From the NCBI RefSeq assembly GCF_004010195.1, contig NC_057760.1:2270343-2322313 (forward strand): 51,971 nt of DNA. The letters run 5' to 3'. The position numbers and the translations under genes are program-made. Every line of letters begins with the position of its first letter. Within the stretch, counting starts at the first letter, position 1. This document shows positions 12,038-25,861 of this stretch, piece after piece. Source of the DNA: Chiloscyllium plagiosum (taxonomy: Eukaryota). The notes beneath the pieces are model-generated. The model made no database searches, was not told the DNA's origin, and was given only the letters and a program-made list of their open reading frames with translations.

Positions 12038-12778
12038 TAGAACATAGAAAAGTACAGCACAGAATAGGCCCTTTGGCCCACGATGTTGTGCCGAGATTTA
12101 ATCCTAATGTAAAATATAGTAACTTAACCTACGCACCCCTCAACTCACTGCTATCCATGTGCATATCCAGCAGTCACTTAAATGTCCCCAAAGACTTCAC
12201 TTCCACCACCTCAACTGGCAACGCATTCCATGCATTCTCTGCATAAAGAACCTACCTCTGATGTCTCCTTTATACCTTCCTCCTAATATCTTCAAACTAT
12301 GACTTCTTGTACCAGTCAATCCTGCCCTGGGGAAAAGTCTCTGGCTATTGACTCTATCTATTCCCCTCATTATTTTGTATACCTCGATCAGGTCTCCTCT
12401 CTTCCTCCTTATATTCAGCATTTGAGTTCGATCTTCCAAAATGCATCATTTTGTATTTATCCAGGTTGAACTCCATCTGCCATTTCTCAGCCCAGCTCTG
12501 AATCCTGTCTATGTCACGCTGCAGCCTGCAGTAGCCCTCTGTACTATCGACGACACCTCCAACCTTTCTGTCATCTGCAAATTTACTAACCCACCCCTCA
12601 ACCTCCTCATCCAAATCATTTATAAAAACTACAAAGAGCAGAGGCCCAAGAACAGAGCCCAGCGGGACCCCACTCAACACTGACCTCCAGGCAGAATACA
12701 ACCATTCTCTGCTTTCTGTCAGCCAGCCAATTCTGAATCCAGATAGCCAAATCTCCCTATATCCCATACTTCCTGTAG
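12038..12778 (-). mobile_element. CR1 LINE 3' fragment
   Basis: Minus ORFs SVLGPLLFVVFINDLDEEVEGWVSKFADD and RGDLIEVYKIMRG. Tail TAGAACATAGAA on the plus strand. Confidence 0.9.
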
Positions 12779-14740
12779 TCCTGCCAGTCTTGTTTCAAAA
12801 TATCTAAACTCAATAATACACATATACATTGCAAAGAACAATGAAGACATGAAAGCTTTCAGTGATCACAAATCCTTCATCTGTTCTCTTCAATATCTAT
12901 GATCCCAGTAACGAGAGGATGTAGGTGGATTTTAAATGGTTCAGAAATAATAAATACTGTGTTGGAAGTTCCCATTGTCAATTACGCTGGAATCAAGAAC
13001 CATGCACCAGAAAAATTATAGCAGTAGGGTGTGAGGGTGAGAAGGAGCTGGAGAGTTATAATTTTGACTTTGTGCAATAGTGCATTGTGGGCCACAGCCC
13101 ATTCCACACCTTTCCTGCTTTTAATTTCCATTGTAATAATTTTCAAAAGCAAAGGATAATCTGGGCATGTAATGACATGACTCTAAAGGGCTATCTTAGC
13201 ATCTCTTTAACTGCACAGCAATGAAATCACATCCCCAGGCATTACTTGGTGGAACACACTCCTGCAATATTCACAATTATTAGACATTTTTCATTCCTAC
13301 AGGATGCAGCAACAGGAACCTTGCCTGACTTTTCTCCCCATTCCAGGTTTAGGGTAAAATGAGATCCCTGACTGCCACTCTGAGACTTTCTGTTCATCTG
13401 AAGTGACATGATCTCCACATTCAGCCAGACCCACAACCCATCTACAATCATTCACATCCCAATGTAGAAATAAATCACACTTTAGCCATACAAAATACTA
13501 GTTAGAGCACAAGCAGACTTCACCAGATGCATTTTCCCTGGAGGAAAGACAATGTAAATTAATTTAAATTTAATTGATCAGCTATAAGGCAGGATTTAAT
13601 ACTCCCTGCATTTTAGAAGGTTGAGGAGTAATTTGATTCAAACTTAAGATATTAAGGGAACAGATAAGTTAAATAGAGAGAAACTATCTGTCCAAGTTTA
13701 GGAATGGAGGACTTTCTTGAAGTCCAGGCAAAAAAACAGAATCGGTTTTCAGTAATATAATTAGGATACACTTATCAGACAAAAAGAATGGCACAAGTTT
13801 ACAACTCTCTTTCACAAACAGCAATTGATGCTCGATCAATTACTAATTTTAAAATCTGAAATTGATAGATTTCTAACAGCCAAAGCTACAGAGGAATAAA
13901 AGGCAGAAGTTAGTACACTGGGTTATGTCACAGATCAGCCATGACCTCTTATAAAAATGGCAGAACAGCCCTGGGGGATCAAATAACCTACATCTGTTCC
14001 TACACTCCTACGTTTACAAATTGTGTTTCTAGCTCAGTTTGTACAACACGATCAATATTAAGGGATCTTTGCACTGCTGGATGAAATGTTAACAAGGGTT
14101 AATAGGGGTTAACCATCTCCATCTGCCCTCTCAGGAGGATGTAAAAGATCTTACATACACTGTCTCAAAGAATAGGAGAGGACTATTGCTGGTGTCCTGA
14201 GTCAATTTTTGTTCCTTAACAAATTTGAACTTGTATGTTAGTGAAAGGGGTCGTAGAAATGCAAATCTTCCTTTTTCTGCTGCTAGTTTTATACATTATG
14301 CAGCAGATGATGGTTTGCATGGGGTTAACATATTTAAAGGTAAATCTTAGAATTACTGTTCCATAAATATCAGTGATCAGGAACTCGGCACAAACAACAG
14401 GCAAAAATTACATTAATAAAAAGAACAAAATCTTTTATTCTGGTCTTCCGCTGCCTGCCTGGTGACTTCCTGACATTCTATGCAGCTGGAGAATTATTAA
14501 CTCTTTCCAGGACAGACACTGAGCCCTCCTTCCCTCATGTTTGAATCTCTGGCTAATTTTCTTTCTTTCCCATCTGAGGGCACTGAATCTCAACGGGGTT
14601 GCAGTCCACAGGCTATAGCAGTCCCACCTCCCTTAACTGGTAACCTTCTTTGTGTCTGAGCGTGAGCAGCAAATGTTGGTTTGACTGGTCTCAGCAAAAA
14701 TCTTATTCTAGGCTCTACCGAAATCCACAAACCCATAATT

Positions 14741-15053
14741 GAGCGGCACAGTGGTTAGCACTGTTGCCTCACAGCACCAGGGATCCAGGTTCGATCCCAG
14801 CCTCGGGCGACTGTCTGTGTGGAGTTTTCACATTCTCCCCGTGTCTGCATGGGTTTCCTCTGGTGCTCCGGTTTCCTCCCACAATCCAAAGATGTGCAGG
14901 TCAGGTGAATTGGCCGTGCTAAATTGCCCATGTTGTTCAGGGATATTAGTCAGGGGGAAATGAATCTGGGTGGGTTACTCTTCAGAGGGTCTGTGTGGAC
15001 TTGTTGGGCCGAAGAACCTGTTTCCACACTGTAGGGAAACAAACCTAATCTAG
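14741..15053 (+). mobile_element. HE1-type V-SINE
   Basis: tRNA head (GTGGTTAGCAC...GGTTCGATCCC), V-domain TGGGTTTCCTCTGGTGCTCCGGTTTCCTCCCAC, TAATC tail. Confidence 0.85.
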
Positions 15054-17709
15054 ACGCACACTGTTCAGCCGGAAAACAACTTGTATTTATATAGAGTCTT
15101 TAAAATAAAATGTCCCATTTAAGTTCCACACTGAGCCACAGACGGCAATATTAAGATGGGTGACCAAATGCTTGACAGAAATAGGTCTTAAGGACCCCAT
15201 CTTAAAGGGGGAGAAATGGATAGATTTAGGGAGGAAATACTTGTAGGGCCCAAGAAGCGTTAACGTAATCCTCCTTCCAAGTGATGGAGCAATGGAAATC
15301 AGAAATGTATAAGAGGTCACAAAAACAGAGATCTTGGAGGGTTGCATGGCTGAAGAAGACCATAAACATAGGAACTGAAGCTATGGAAGGATTGTTTAAA
15401 AAGAATACAAGAGGCATATCAGAATCACTAGCTGGAATCCTCCCTGACATTCATGTCCTAGTCCAGGAGACTAGACATCTTACTGCTGTCAGTAAGATAT
15501 GGCTAGTGAAAATAATAGTAAATATAAATAAAAGCAGTAAAAATCATTTCACAGTCAAACAGTTCCAGAAACATGTAATCATATGTGGTTACTGATGCTC
15601 CTCATTTACACAGAATTTGGATAAATGTTTGAAAAGGTAAAGGGATCAGAGAGCTTCACTAAAATAGACAGATTTTACCAGAAAGTGGCAAATGTGAGGA
15701 CTTTTGATTGAAAATTTATCCCAAAAATAAAGTGCACAATTTAAATCACAGTAACATATCTCTCTAAAATATCCTGAAGTACCTCAAACACAATGGGCCA
15801 AATGTCATTCTTGTGATTCTACATGGTATACTTTGATCTCAGAAAGTTCCTAGTCATATCAATTGGGCTTTCTGGTCACCAGAAATGCATTAACGTGAAT
15901 GCCCCCTATCAAGGTTACAAACTCTGTGTTACACAGTATACATCTCCTCATATTACAACTCACCCTCATTCTTGAGATACATAACAATTCCGTAAGTATA
16001 CAGAAGCATTGTGATCATGTCACTGCTTGAGGAAACCACAGGCCTGGACCAACAAGTTGGAGACTTGAGTTCAAATCCAATGACAGCAGTTGGAGAATAT
16101 AAATTCAATTCATTAAATAACTCTAGAATAAAAAGCTAATCTCTGCAATGGAGGCCATGAAACCAGCTGATTGTTGTAAAAGAAAACCAGTTCATTTGTG
16201 TTCTTGGGAAGGAAATCTACCATGTTTTCCTTGTCTGGCTTACATGTGACACTAGAATCACAACAACGTGGCTGAATCTTAAGTAACCTTAAATGATCTT
16301 AAATATGGTTGAGCAAGTCTCTCAGTTGAATCAAAGAAGGCGACATCTCAATGTCTTTCCGAATGCAAATACAGAGGAGCAATAAACCGTAGGCCTTGCC
16401 AAAAATGCCTACATTCCATGAATGAATTAAAAAAAGAGGTCAGAATAAAAACAGTATCGGATGCCTCTCTCTTTAGGCTTCCAAAACAATTAATAAGCAA
16501 TTATTGTACCAGCGTTGTTGCAAGGCTCCTGAAGTTGTAGTTAAAAAGCACTGCAAATATTAATGTTGTTGAATTTGGATTTAGTATTATTAAACTGTTA
16601 GGAACATGACAGATTGAGACAGTCTCAATCTTCAATGGATTACAGATGAGACTGTTTGGATGAGCAATGAACACAGCCCCTCTTTGGCAATGAAAGCTAC
16701 AAAAGGAATAATCCAATCAGAAATGGGAGGCAACTTCTACTGCAGATTTAAGGAAAAAAGTTGGAAATTTGAAAGTACCATACAACATTGTTCAGATCAG
16801 AAACAACTCAAACTCTTTCACATGCAATGAGGCACTTTGAAATGTAGAAAACAGTTATGTGCACTATTGGAAAAGAGCAGAGAATTGGGAATAGTTGTGT
16901 GTCTCTTTCAAAGGATAGTCATAGGCATGTCATAGGTTGGGGCTATTCTTCCTGGAGACAAGAAAACTAAGAGAAGATCAGATCATCTTTCAAAATCATG
17001 AACAAGGTTGATTAAGTAGATGGGGGGAAACTGCTCCCATTAGTGAATGGATCAAGAACTGGAGGGCACCAATTTAAAAAGTGATTTGCAAAATGAGCAA
17101 ATGTGTTATCAGGAAAAACCTTTTCACACAGCGAGTATTTAGGGTATGGAATGCACTGCATTGAAGTGTGGTGGAAACAGCTTAAATTGAGGCATTTAAG
17201 AGTGTAATTGATGATTATTTGGAGAGAAATAACATGCAAATGTAATGGGAAAAAAGCAGGACATTGGTACTAAGTAATGTTGCTGATTTGAAGAGCTGGT
17301 GCAGACATGTATGGGCCAAATAGCCTCCTTCTGCACCTATTGGGATTTGATTGTCACACAATGCGCCAAATGGCCTTCCTCTGCTCTGTAACATTCTATG
17401 ACTATATAAACTAATACAGCAGCTATTTCCTATGCTGCAAAGTCACAGAAGCAATGATATTATCAGTTAATTTGTTTTTTGGTCAAGGGAGGTATTTTGC
17501 TAGGATACCAGAATGCCCTGTTGGTCTTCATATGGAGTAATGGGATTGCTGATTATCACACAACTGCACCAGCAGAATAGGCAGAAAGATCCTTGGGTTA
17601 ATATTTTATCCAAAGATCAACATCTGAAAAAGCAAAACATCCCGTTGGTACTGCAATAGAATGATAGACTGGATTACAACCTCTTAAATCCTGGACTGGG
17701 ATTCAAAGC

Positions 17710-17916
17710 GGCTAGGCGAAAGTGAGTACTGCAGATGCTGGAGATTAGAGTTGAGAATGCGGGGCTGGAGAAGCACAGCAAGTCAGCCAGCATTCGAGGA
17801 GCAGGAAAACTGACGTTTTGGGCAAAAGCCCTTCATTAGGAAACTGCAGGAAATTCCTGATGAAGGGCTTTTGCCTGAAACGCTTGATCTGTGTGCTTTT
17901 CCAGCATCACACTCTC
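17710..17916. mobile_element. Family A palindromic mini-PLE
   Basis: Direct repeat GACTGGGATTCAAAGC at 17694-17709 and 17917-17932. Plus-strand core CTGATGAAGGGCTTTTGCCTGAAAC at 17857-17881 and a degenerate minus core at 17812-17840. Confidence 0.8.
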
Positions 17917-19124
17917 GACTGGGATTCAAAGCTACAATCTTCTGACATGGGGTGAAAATTCCATCAGTAGAGACAAGTTAAAAAACACAAAGGTATCCTG
18001 GTGAGAAGTCGGGATTTATTTTGAAAAAATGAGGAAAAAAATTGATATACTGATCAAGACATTGCTATTCAAATCAGCTGATCCAAAGCTGCCTCCAGCA
18101 AGCAGTAAACACCTGAACAAAGTGGATGAGAAACAGAACTAAGTGTATAAGAATCCTTCATATTTTGAGAATGTGGAAACAGATATGAATGCAATTTTCT
18201 TCAGGCAATCTCAGCAGGAATGTGGGGTGGGTGGTGATGGGGACATTTTTAAAGAGACTTCATGAGCTGTATAGTAAATCAGTATCTGACTCACTGCAGC
18301 TGGGTTCAGAAGTCATGACCTCAAAGGTCAGCACTGACCTTGTCATTTCCCCCTCCCCTGGCGTCCTTATCTCTCCTTCACACGAGGGCAGGAAAAAAAA
18401 ACTCGCCGCCTTCCGCCAGCAAGGCGTCGCTTTTTGAAAGCCACCCCTGACCCGGTCACAGGAACTGGGCTGCAAGGAAGGGAACATTTGAAGGCTTATA
18501 TCAATGCCAGCTTTCTGTGATTTGTCTCATCAACACGGTATCCTCCCTTTTTCGTGGGATTACAAAGCAAATTTACAGTGCTCTGTTCATACCAAGGACT
18601 GGGTCCTGATGCTTCTGTTTAATGCCCAGATCTGTACTTTGAGGATTGTCCTCCTTGAGAATTGAGAAATGAATGATTCACATTACAGAATACCCAAGTT
18701 ACTAAGAATGGAAGAAGAGGCAAAACAAATCAAGATGGAGCAACTTGGTAGAGCCACAATAACATTGTAAAAGCCCGCAAATTCATTGTGAGTGACAGTT
18801 TTCAGATCCTGTGGCAGATTAAACTGAAATTTCCTTAATTGTTTGTCTCACTGTTACACTTCCCTCTTTTACCCCAAGAATGTAGGTCTTGTTAGCTGCT
18901 GAAAAGCTGCTGAACTTTAATATACTTCATGATGTGAAAGTTTAATCTGTGAATGTCAACAGCTTTTCTCTCAAAAGGAGGCAGACTGTCATCCTCATGT
19001 GTGCATTTTGAAGTAGGAACCCTGATCCAACCCATCACTAATCCAGGGGTTACAATAGTAATTACAATGTCTTCAGAGCTGAAGGACAGAAGATCAGAGA
19101 ACATTTCCCTAATCATTCCGTTCA

Positions 19125-19345
19125 AAAAGTAGAACAGAAACGGTTGGAAATACTCAACCAGTCTGCAGCATTAGTGGAGACAGAAACGGAGTTAATGCTT
19201 TGAGTCCCAAACGACTCTTGGACTCTGAAGAAATGTCATATTTGATTTGAAATGTTAACTTAATTTCTCTTTCCACAGATGCTGCCAGACCTGTTGGGTT
19301 TCTCAAGTCCTTTTTTTTGTTTAAGATTTCCAGCATTTGTAATAT
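19125..19345. mobile_element. Degenerate family B-like palindromic mini-PLE (similar element ~29720-29905)
   Basis: Inverted arms similar to 1190-1320. Decayed CTGAAGA...GAAATGTTAAC core. The 29810-29840 minus core reads CTGAAGAAGGGTCACTGGACCCGAAAC. Confidence 0.6.
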
Positions 19346-20457
19346 TTTGCCTATTTTTGCGTGCTTCAGGTTGTTCAATTAGTAAAATTTACCATACCAT
19401 AGGGGAAACCACCAAGGAAGGAAGAAAAATCCATGGAATTTTTAAAAGAGAAAATAAAATTCAGTGTTCAACATTTATGAAATATCACTCATTAGGGCAG
19501 CAATGTGTGGCATCACTGAGTGGGGGGCTGCAAGTTAACTCCTCCCCCACATTCCCAAATTCAGAAACATGGGATAAATGTGAAGGGCATATTCTATCAA
19601 GCTTCTCTTACCCAGTAATTAATCAACAAAAGCACAGATAATGGTCTGACAAGGAAAATAGGATACTATTTCCGTGATAGCTCAGTGGGTAATTACACAG
19701 TGTGATGTGGTATCAAGCCACACAGCTTAGGATGCTCCCTGTTTGTGTCCTTGCCTGTGCTGAATTTGCTGACCTCAGCCAGATAGGGCTTGGATTCCCA
19801 CTTTCAGTTTCATAGGGACTGGATCAGGGTGTAAGAAACAAGGCACCAGTTAGATTTATAAACCTAAGCGAGAAGATTTCTTCACATCCAAGTTCTACAT
19901 GGCTGAACCTTTATCCAGAGGTATGGGACTTGATGTTAACTCACTCTAAACTCACCCACTTAGACAAAGTCAAAATAGAACCTTATCACCCTAAACTCTC
20001 TAACCAATGGAAACAGCCTCTCAGCATCTACCTTGTCAAACACCCTCAAAATTTTTATATGTTTGAATTAGAACACCTTTTAATCTTCTACATGCCAGCC
20101 CATTCTACTTAATTACTACTCACATTACAACACTCTCATCATGAGACTCAATCTGGTAAACCTTTGTTACACTTCCTTTAAAGCAAGTATATCCTTTCTG
20201 AGACACAGAGACCAATATTGTTGCACTACAGGTGTGCATTCACCAAAGACAATTATACCAAGATTTCATACCGTCATACACCAACCCCTCTCACATTCTT
20301 CATTGTCAAATAATTTACTAACGTTGACTATCTAGATTTACACACATAGGTGCCTCGCTGCCACCTTCTCAATGAGAATTCTGAAAGGATAGCAAACACT
20401 ATCCTTGCATAAGTCCCATGAATGAATAAAACCAAGAATAGTTGCTAGTTTGAGGTA

Positions 20458-20664
20458 AAAACAATGACTGCAAGATGCTGGAAACCAGATTTTGGATTAG
20501 TGGTGCTAGAAGAGCACAGCAGTTCAGGCAGCATCCAAGGAGCAGCGAAATCGACGTTTCGGGCAAAAGCCCTTCATCAGGAATAAAGGCAGTGAGCCTG
20601 AAGCAGGTGGAAAAGGAGATAGGCAGGTAGGACAAGTCCGGACAAGTCATGGGGACAGTGCTGA
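20458..20664 (-). mobile_element. Family A PLE 3' end with intact hammerhead core
   Basis: 14-bp direct repeat GCTAGTTTGAGGTA at 20444-20457 and 20665-20678. Confidence 0.8.
20549..20584 (-). ncRNA. Minimal hammerhead ribozyme
   Basis: ATTC-CTGATGA-A-GGGC-TTTT-GCCC-GAAA-C-GTC-GATT on the minus strand. Confidence 0.72.
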
Positions 20665-21020
20665 GCTAGTTTGAGGTACCAAGTGCTGCTGCAAGGATGA
20701 CCCCATAATTCCTTGTCTGGGTTTGTCCTCTGTCTCAAAAATTAATCAATGCCTTCAGGAGAGGAGGAGAATGAACTGTGTCTCAAAGAACGGACATAAT
20801 TTCAAAAAGTAAATGAAGTAAGTGCCTTGTTGGTACCAAAGTCAATTTGGGTCTTACTGTGGTCAAATTTATGAGACTGCAAACTGTTGTTGGAGTGAAA
20901 ATACATTCCAATAAATAACATAAATACTACAGTGCAATCCTCTAATAGATCCTGCAAGTTTCAGAATAGGCAATGAAATATATCTGTCTCCAGTAGCGTA
21001 GAGCAAGGGAATGTATTTCA

Positions 21021-21287
<267 letters not shown>

Positions 21288-22954
21288 TTAGTTGACATGT
21301 TTCATCTCTTTAAGACTCTATGTGCACATCTGCTCCTCCTCCTCTGCAAAGCTCAATTAAAGCCTAACAGGCACTTCAGTTTCCCTTTCCTTTGAGCAGG
21401 GGAATATTTACATTCTGCTTAATGCCTTTCATGGAAGAATTGGTCTCCTTTTGTTCCCAGATGTGTGAGACTCACCAGCTGTAGCGTCATAGCCACAGGC
21501 CGAACTACCAAGCCTTTTTTGATTGGGATTGTGGTTGACGCATAAATGATGGCAAACTTTCTCTTAACTGGCATTTCTGGGACCAGGAGTGTGCCAGTTG
21601 ATCAAATACTCTGGATAATCAAGAGTTCCACAAAAACAAGTAATAGAAACATAACGCAGGGCAAATACGCGTCACTGTTATATTTTACTGACAGCATAAA
21701 TCACGTAAATAATAAGGCAACTTTGCCTTAAATAAAACTTACCAAAGAGTCTTCTCACTTGCACCCTCAACTGACTACTCATACATCGTGGTATTTGAGA
21801 CAAATTAACTTAAAATTGAATCAACTATTGATATTTCATGTGTCCATTCGTTTGAACAACAAGTACATTTACTTTGAGGTTAATACGTTAAAAAAACTAT
21901 AATAATTGAACAGAACAATACACTAAACTTCACTCAACTAAATTTGAAGTGTATCATTTTTTGCAGGTTTATCAAGAGTGCCGATTCATAAGACAGCAGT
22001 TAAAATGAAATTTGCTGTCATGTATTTTCTTACGCAGGATTGAGCACAAGTTTTGTGCATAACCTATACATTTATCAGTACTGTAATTAGCAATGAAGAA
22101 CAAGTGTGGAAAATACAACCCAAAACCTGTGTTAAACTAACTGATTATCAGAAGAATAAAATGTAGCTGAGCATGCTTCTGCAATGAACTGGTTCAGAAT
22201 TTGATGCCTGAGACTCCCACATGGTGGGTTAACAATCTCTCCAAAAATCAATCTTGCAATAGAGAGGGACCAGGAAGAAAGGGAAAATCGTCAGAAAGCC
22301 TAGACATACAGAAAGTGTGGCATTGGCATTACTTCCCGTCCAGTATACTTTTAGGATTGAGGTGCACATACATGTGAAACAAGTGTATCTGGACTTGTAC
22401 GATTGTGAAGCTGCTTTGCATACTCATGTATGTGGGAGCTTTGTTACAGTTTGTAAACTGGAATGTAATGATCCCATTTTCAATTATGAAGATTCCATTA
22501 AAAGCTAAATGTTGCACATCATCTACTAAATGCCAACTAGGGTTCAGTGGGTAACATGCTCATCTTTAGCCAGGAAATTGTGGTTTCAAATCCCATGCAG
22601 TGACTTGAACATAAAATCCCAGTTTACTGTCTCAGTGTAGTGAGTACTACATTGCCAGAGATGCTAATTCCCAGAGGAGTTGTCAAATCAAGGCCCCATG
22701 TTGCATCTCAGATCCCATGGGACAATTTCAACAAACAGCAGGGGATCTCTCACTGGAAGCCAAAATTTATCCCTCAGCCATATCTTTGAAATTGATCATC
22801 TAGTCACGATTCCACTGGTGCTTGTGGGATCTTGCTATGTGCCTGTGCGCCACATAAATTGCCTTTTTCCTCCATTGCAACAAAAAGTACCTAACACGCT
22901 GTGAAAAAGCTAGGGTCTTCCTGAGGATGTGAATGGTGCTGTATGACTGCAGTT

Positions 22955-23306
22955 GAAGGGTGACCTTATGAGGTTTATAAAATCATGAAGGGCAGAGACA
23001 AGGGTTTTTTCCCTCAGATGAGGAAGTTCAAAACTGGCGGGCATATTTTTTAAGGAGAAAGATTTAAAAAGGACATGACAGGCAACATTTTTACACAGGG
23101 AGTGGTTTGTGTGTGGAATGAACTGCCAGAGAAAGTGGTGGATGCGGGTACAGTTACAACGTTTAAAAGCCACTCAAGTTCATGAATAGGAAAGGTTTGG
23201 AGGGAAATGGGCCTAGCACAATTAAGTCGGACTAGGTTCATTTGGGAACATGATCAGTGGGAACTAGTTGGACCAAAAGGTCTGTTTCCATGCTGTATGA
23301 CTCTAC
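22955..23306 (+). mobile_element. CR1 3' end (related short 3' fragments at ~29140-29290 -, 31230-31600 -, 35890-36205 -, 44140-44340 -, 48315-48830 -)
   Basis: GGTGACCTT...GGTTTATAAAATCATG, TTTTTACACAG...GTGTGGAATG, TGCTGTATGACTCTA tail. Confidence 0.75.
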
Positions 23307-23570
23307 AAGTCGATTTTTGTTATTGATTGGGAAGTAACAATAATTAGATTTTGTCCCTAATTTCTCCTCCGCTCCTTTTGAGGCCAATTCTTGGTGGGGT
23401 ATGGTTCTACAACTCACCTGAACCTTATTCAACTGGCTAGTGTTTACGTTTTAATACTGGAAGAGAGTATTAAAGGCTACTCAACTGTGGAAGGCCTCTC
23501 AGATACTTTCCCAACCCACTTTCTACGCAATACATAGCCCAGCAAGAGTCGCTCATCAAGAGCAGTTTCT

Positions 23571-23874
23571 AGATTAGATTAGATTCCCTACAATATGGAA
23601 ACAGGCCCATCGGCCCAACAAGTCTACACCGACCCTCCGAAGAGTAACCCACCCAGACCCATTCCCCCTGACTAATGCACCTAACACTATGGGCAATTTA
23701 ACATACCAATTCACCTGACCTGCACATCTTTGGATTGTGGGAGGAAACTGGAGCACCTGGAGGAACGGGGAGAATGTGCAAACTCCACACAGATAGTTGT
23801 CCAAGGCCAGAATCGAACCTGGGTCCCTGGCACTGTGAGGCAGCAGTGCTAACCACTGAGCCACCGTGCCACCC
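23571..23874 (-). mobile_element. HE1-type V-SINE
   Basis: Reverse complement of the 14741 family with (AGATT)n tail. Confidence 0.87.
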
Positions 23875-24754
23875 ACTCATGGATTTTTCCCTCATGGATA
23901 TTGCAGATCACTGCAGTGCAGCCTTAGCTTAGATAGAACTTGGAGCCATCCAGCTCTATTTAGCTTAGCAGCAAACCAAACATCCCACTTACAGAGGTTG
24001 TGAGTGCTCATTCAATGGCTCAGTGAGTATTCTCACAATAAAATAACTGGCTCAATACAAATCTGACATCCTTTTCTCATTTTGTCTCTGAGCTGAAACG
24101 TCCATTCAAGTCCCATTCCAAAGCCTTCAGCACAAAAATCTAAGAAAACACTTCAGTAAAATACTGAGGGAATGCTGTCAGAGATGCCACCTTTCGGATG
24201 AGCTGTTGAACCAAGGTGCTGTCCTCCCTCTCAGCTTAAGATAAAATACTCTGCAAAAGGATCTGCAAATGAACAGAGCATTCTCCCCAAAGTCATGCAC
24301 TAATATTAATCCCTCAACCAAATAATTAAAAAAAGATGATTCCATTGGTGTTTTTTGGGTGTTTGCTGTGCACAAATTGGAAGCTGCTTTTGTAACATGA
24401 TACACTGGTGATTGCATTTCATTGGCATTTAGGAATTCTGGAATGTCCCATGGTTATGAAAAGTGCTATAGAAATTCATGGTTATCTTTATTATTTGCAA
24501 AAAAATCGAGGTCCTATGTGTCAATCCAGATGGATGAACTGAAGGCACAAAAATTCTGCTGTCCGAGGCAAATTACTCCCTCAACCTGCACCACCACAAA
24601 AAACTACAAATCACCATTCATCTAAAGCCTTCTGCGGGTTATTGTTCATGCATAATGTATTTGCTTCCATAACATGTCACTGTACTATAAAAGTAGTCCA
24701 ACGTGTGGTGTGCTAAGTTGCTGTATAAAGTTAAGGTATTAAGCAGTTCCTTAC

Positions 24755-25861
24755 CGTGTCTTGTTTGGCGTTTCCATTTTCTTCATTCTCCACTGAATTC
24801 TGAATCCTATTCATAAGGTTTTTCCCATTTTTCTCTTGATTTTCCACTTTGATCAGTCTGTGTTTTGGTAAAATGTAGCTGGGTCCTGACAGTTTTCCAG
24901 GGTTTAGTCCTGCTTTTCCAGAATTTGTCCCAGTTAGTTTCCCCAGGTTCAATCCAGTCTTCCCTGGACTTTGTCCTGCTTTCCCAGATTTCAGTCCATT
25001 TTTCCCAGCGTTCGTCCCAGTTATTTTTCCAAGATTTAATCCCGTTTTTCCAGGATTTTGAGTGGGTGTTTTGCTAGCCTTTGGGTCAGGTTTCTTGGTT
25101 TTCAAATCAGGCGTCTTCCCAGTTTTTGCTTCAGGCTTCGCTGTTTTCAGATCTGCCTTCCTGGTTTTCATGTCTACTTTTCCACTTTTTACATCAGTTT
25201 TCCCTGTTTTTGAGTCTGCTTTGTCAGTTTTTGAATCTGTTTTCCCAGCTTTCTGTTCAGGTTTCAATTCAGTTTTGACTGGATTCTTCGCAGTAATTTT
25301 CCCTGGATTCAAGCCAAGTTTCCCAGAAAAACTTTGTCCTGACTTAATGGGATTCTGTCCCCGTTTCAACGATGGGGTTTTGACTGGTTTTCCAATTTCT
25401 TCACCATTCCCAGGATCAACGTTGGAATTTTTGCTGTTTTTTCCAGGGATACTGTTTCCAATTTCCCCAGATCCTTTGGGCAGTTTCCCATTATCCTTCT
25501 TTATCGTCAATCCATTTTTTATCAGTCCTGTAGGATTTTTCCCCTGAATTAAATTTTTCTTCGATTCAGTTTTCCCTCGTATTAGTGTGCTGCTGCCTGT
25601 CTTTCCTTGAGTCCCCACAGATTTTCCCTGCATCCCGGCATTTGGTGCTTTTCCGAGTTTTCCCAGCTCTGACTCATTGTGTCCTCTCTCTACAGCCCCT
25701 TTTGCCTCTCTTCCAGCTCCCCGAGGGTTCACCTCACCTTGAGTGGCACGCCGGTTCCTATTTGTTCCCTCACCATCTGTTCTGGTCCGGGTTGCACCCA
25801 TGCCCTCTGGCTTTGGTCGGGTCTTCAAGCTCAGCTGGAAATCCTTGAACCACTTTGCCAT
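24755..25861 (-). CDS. SHE: SHE first coding exon (369 codons), N-terminal region with Lys/Gly repeat expansion
   Basis: ATG at 25861 gives MAKWFKDFQLSLK and later RLIKVENQEKNGK...KQDT, matching recalled SHE motifs AKWFKEFPLNLK and RLIKVDTQEKNGK. Donor ACG|GTAAGG at 24755/24754, phase 0. Confidence 0.9.

Noticed and set aside
14741..14812. tRNA gene (also ~48855 and ~45890)
   Set aside because: These are tRNA-derived SINE heads continuing into a V-domain and a LINE-type tail.
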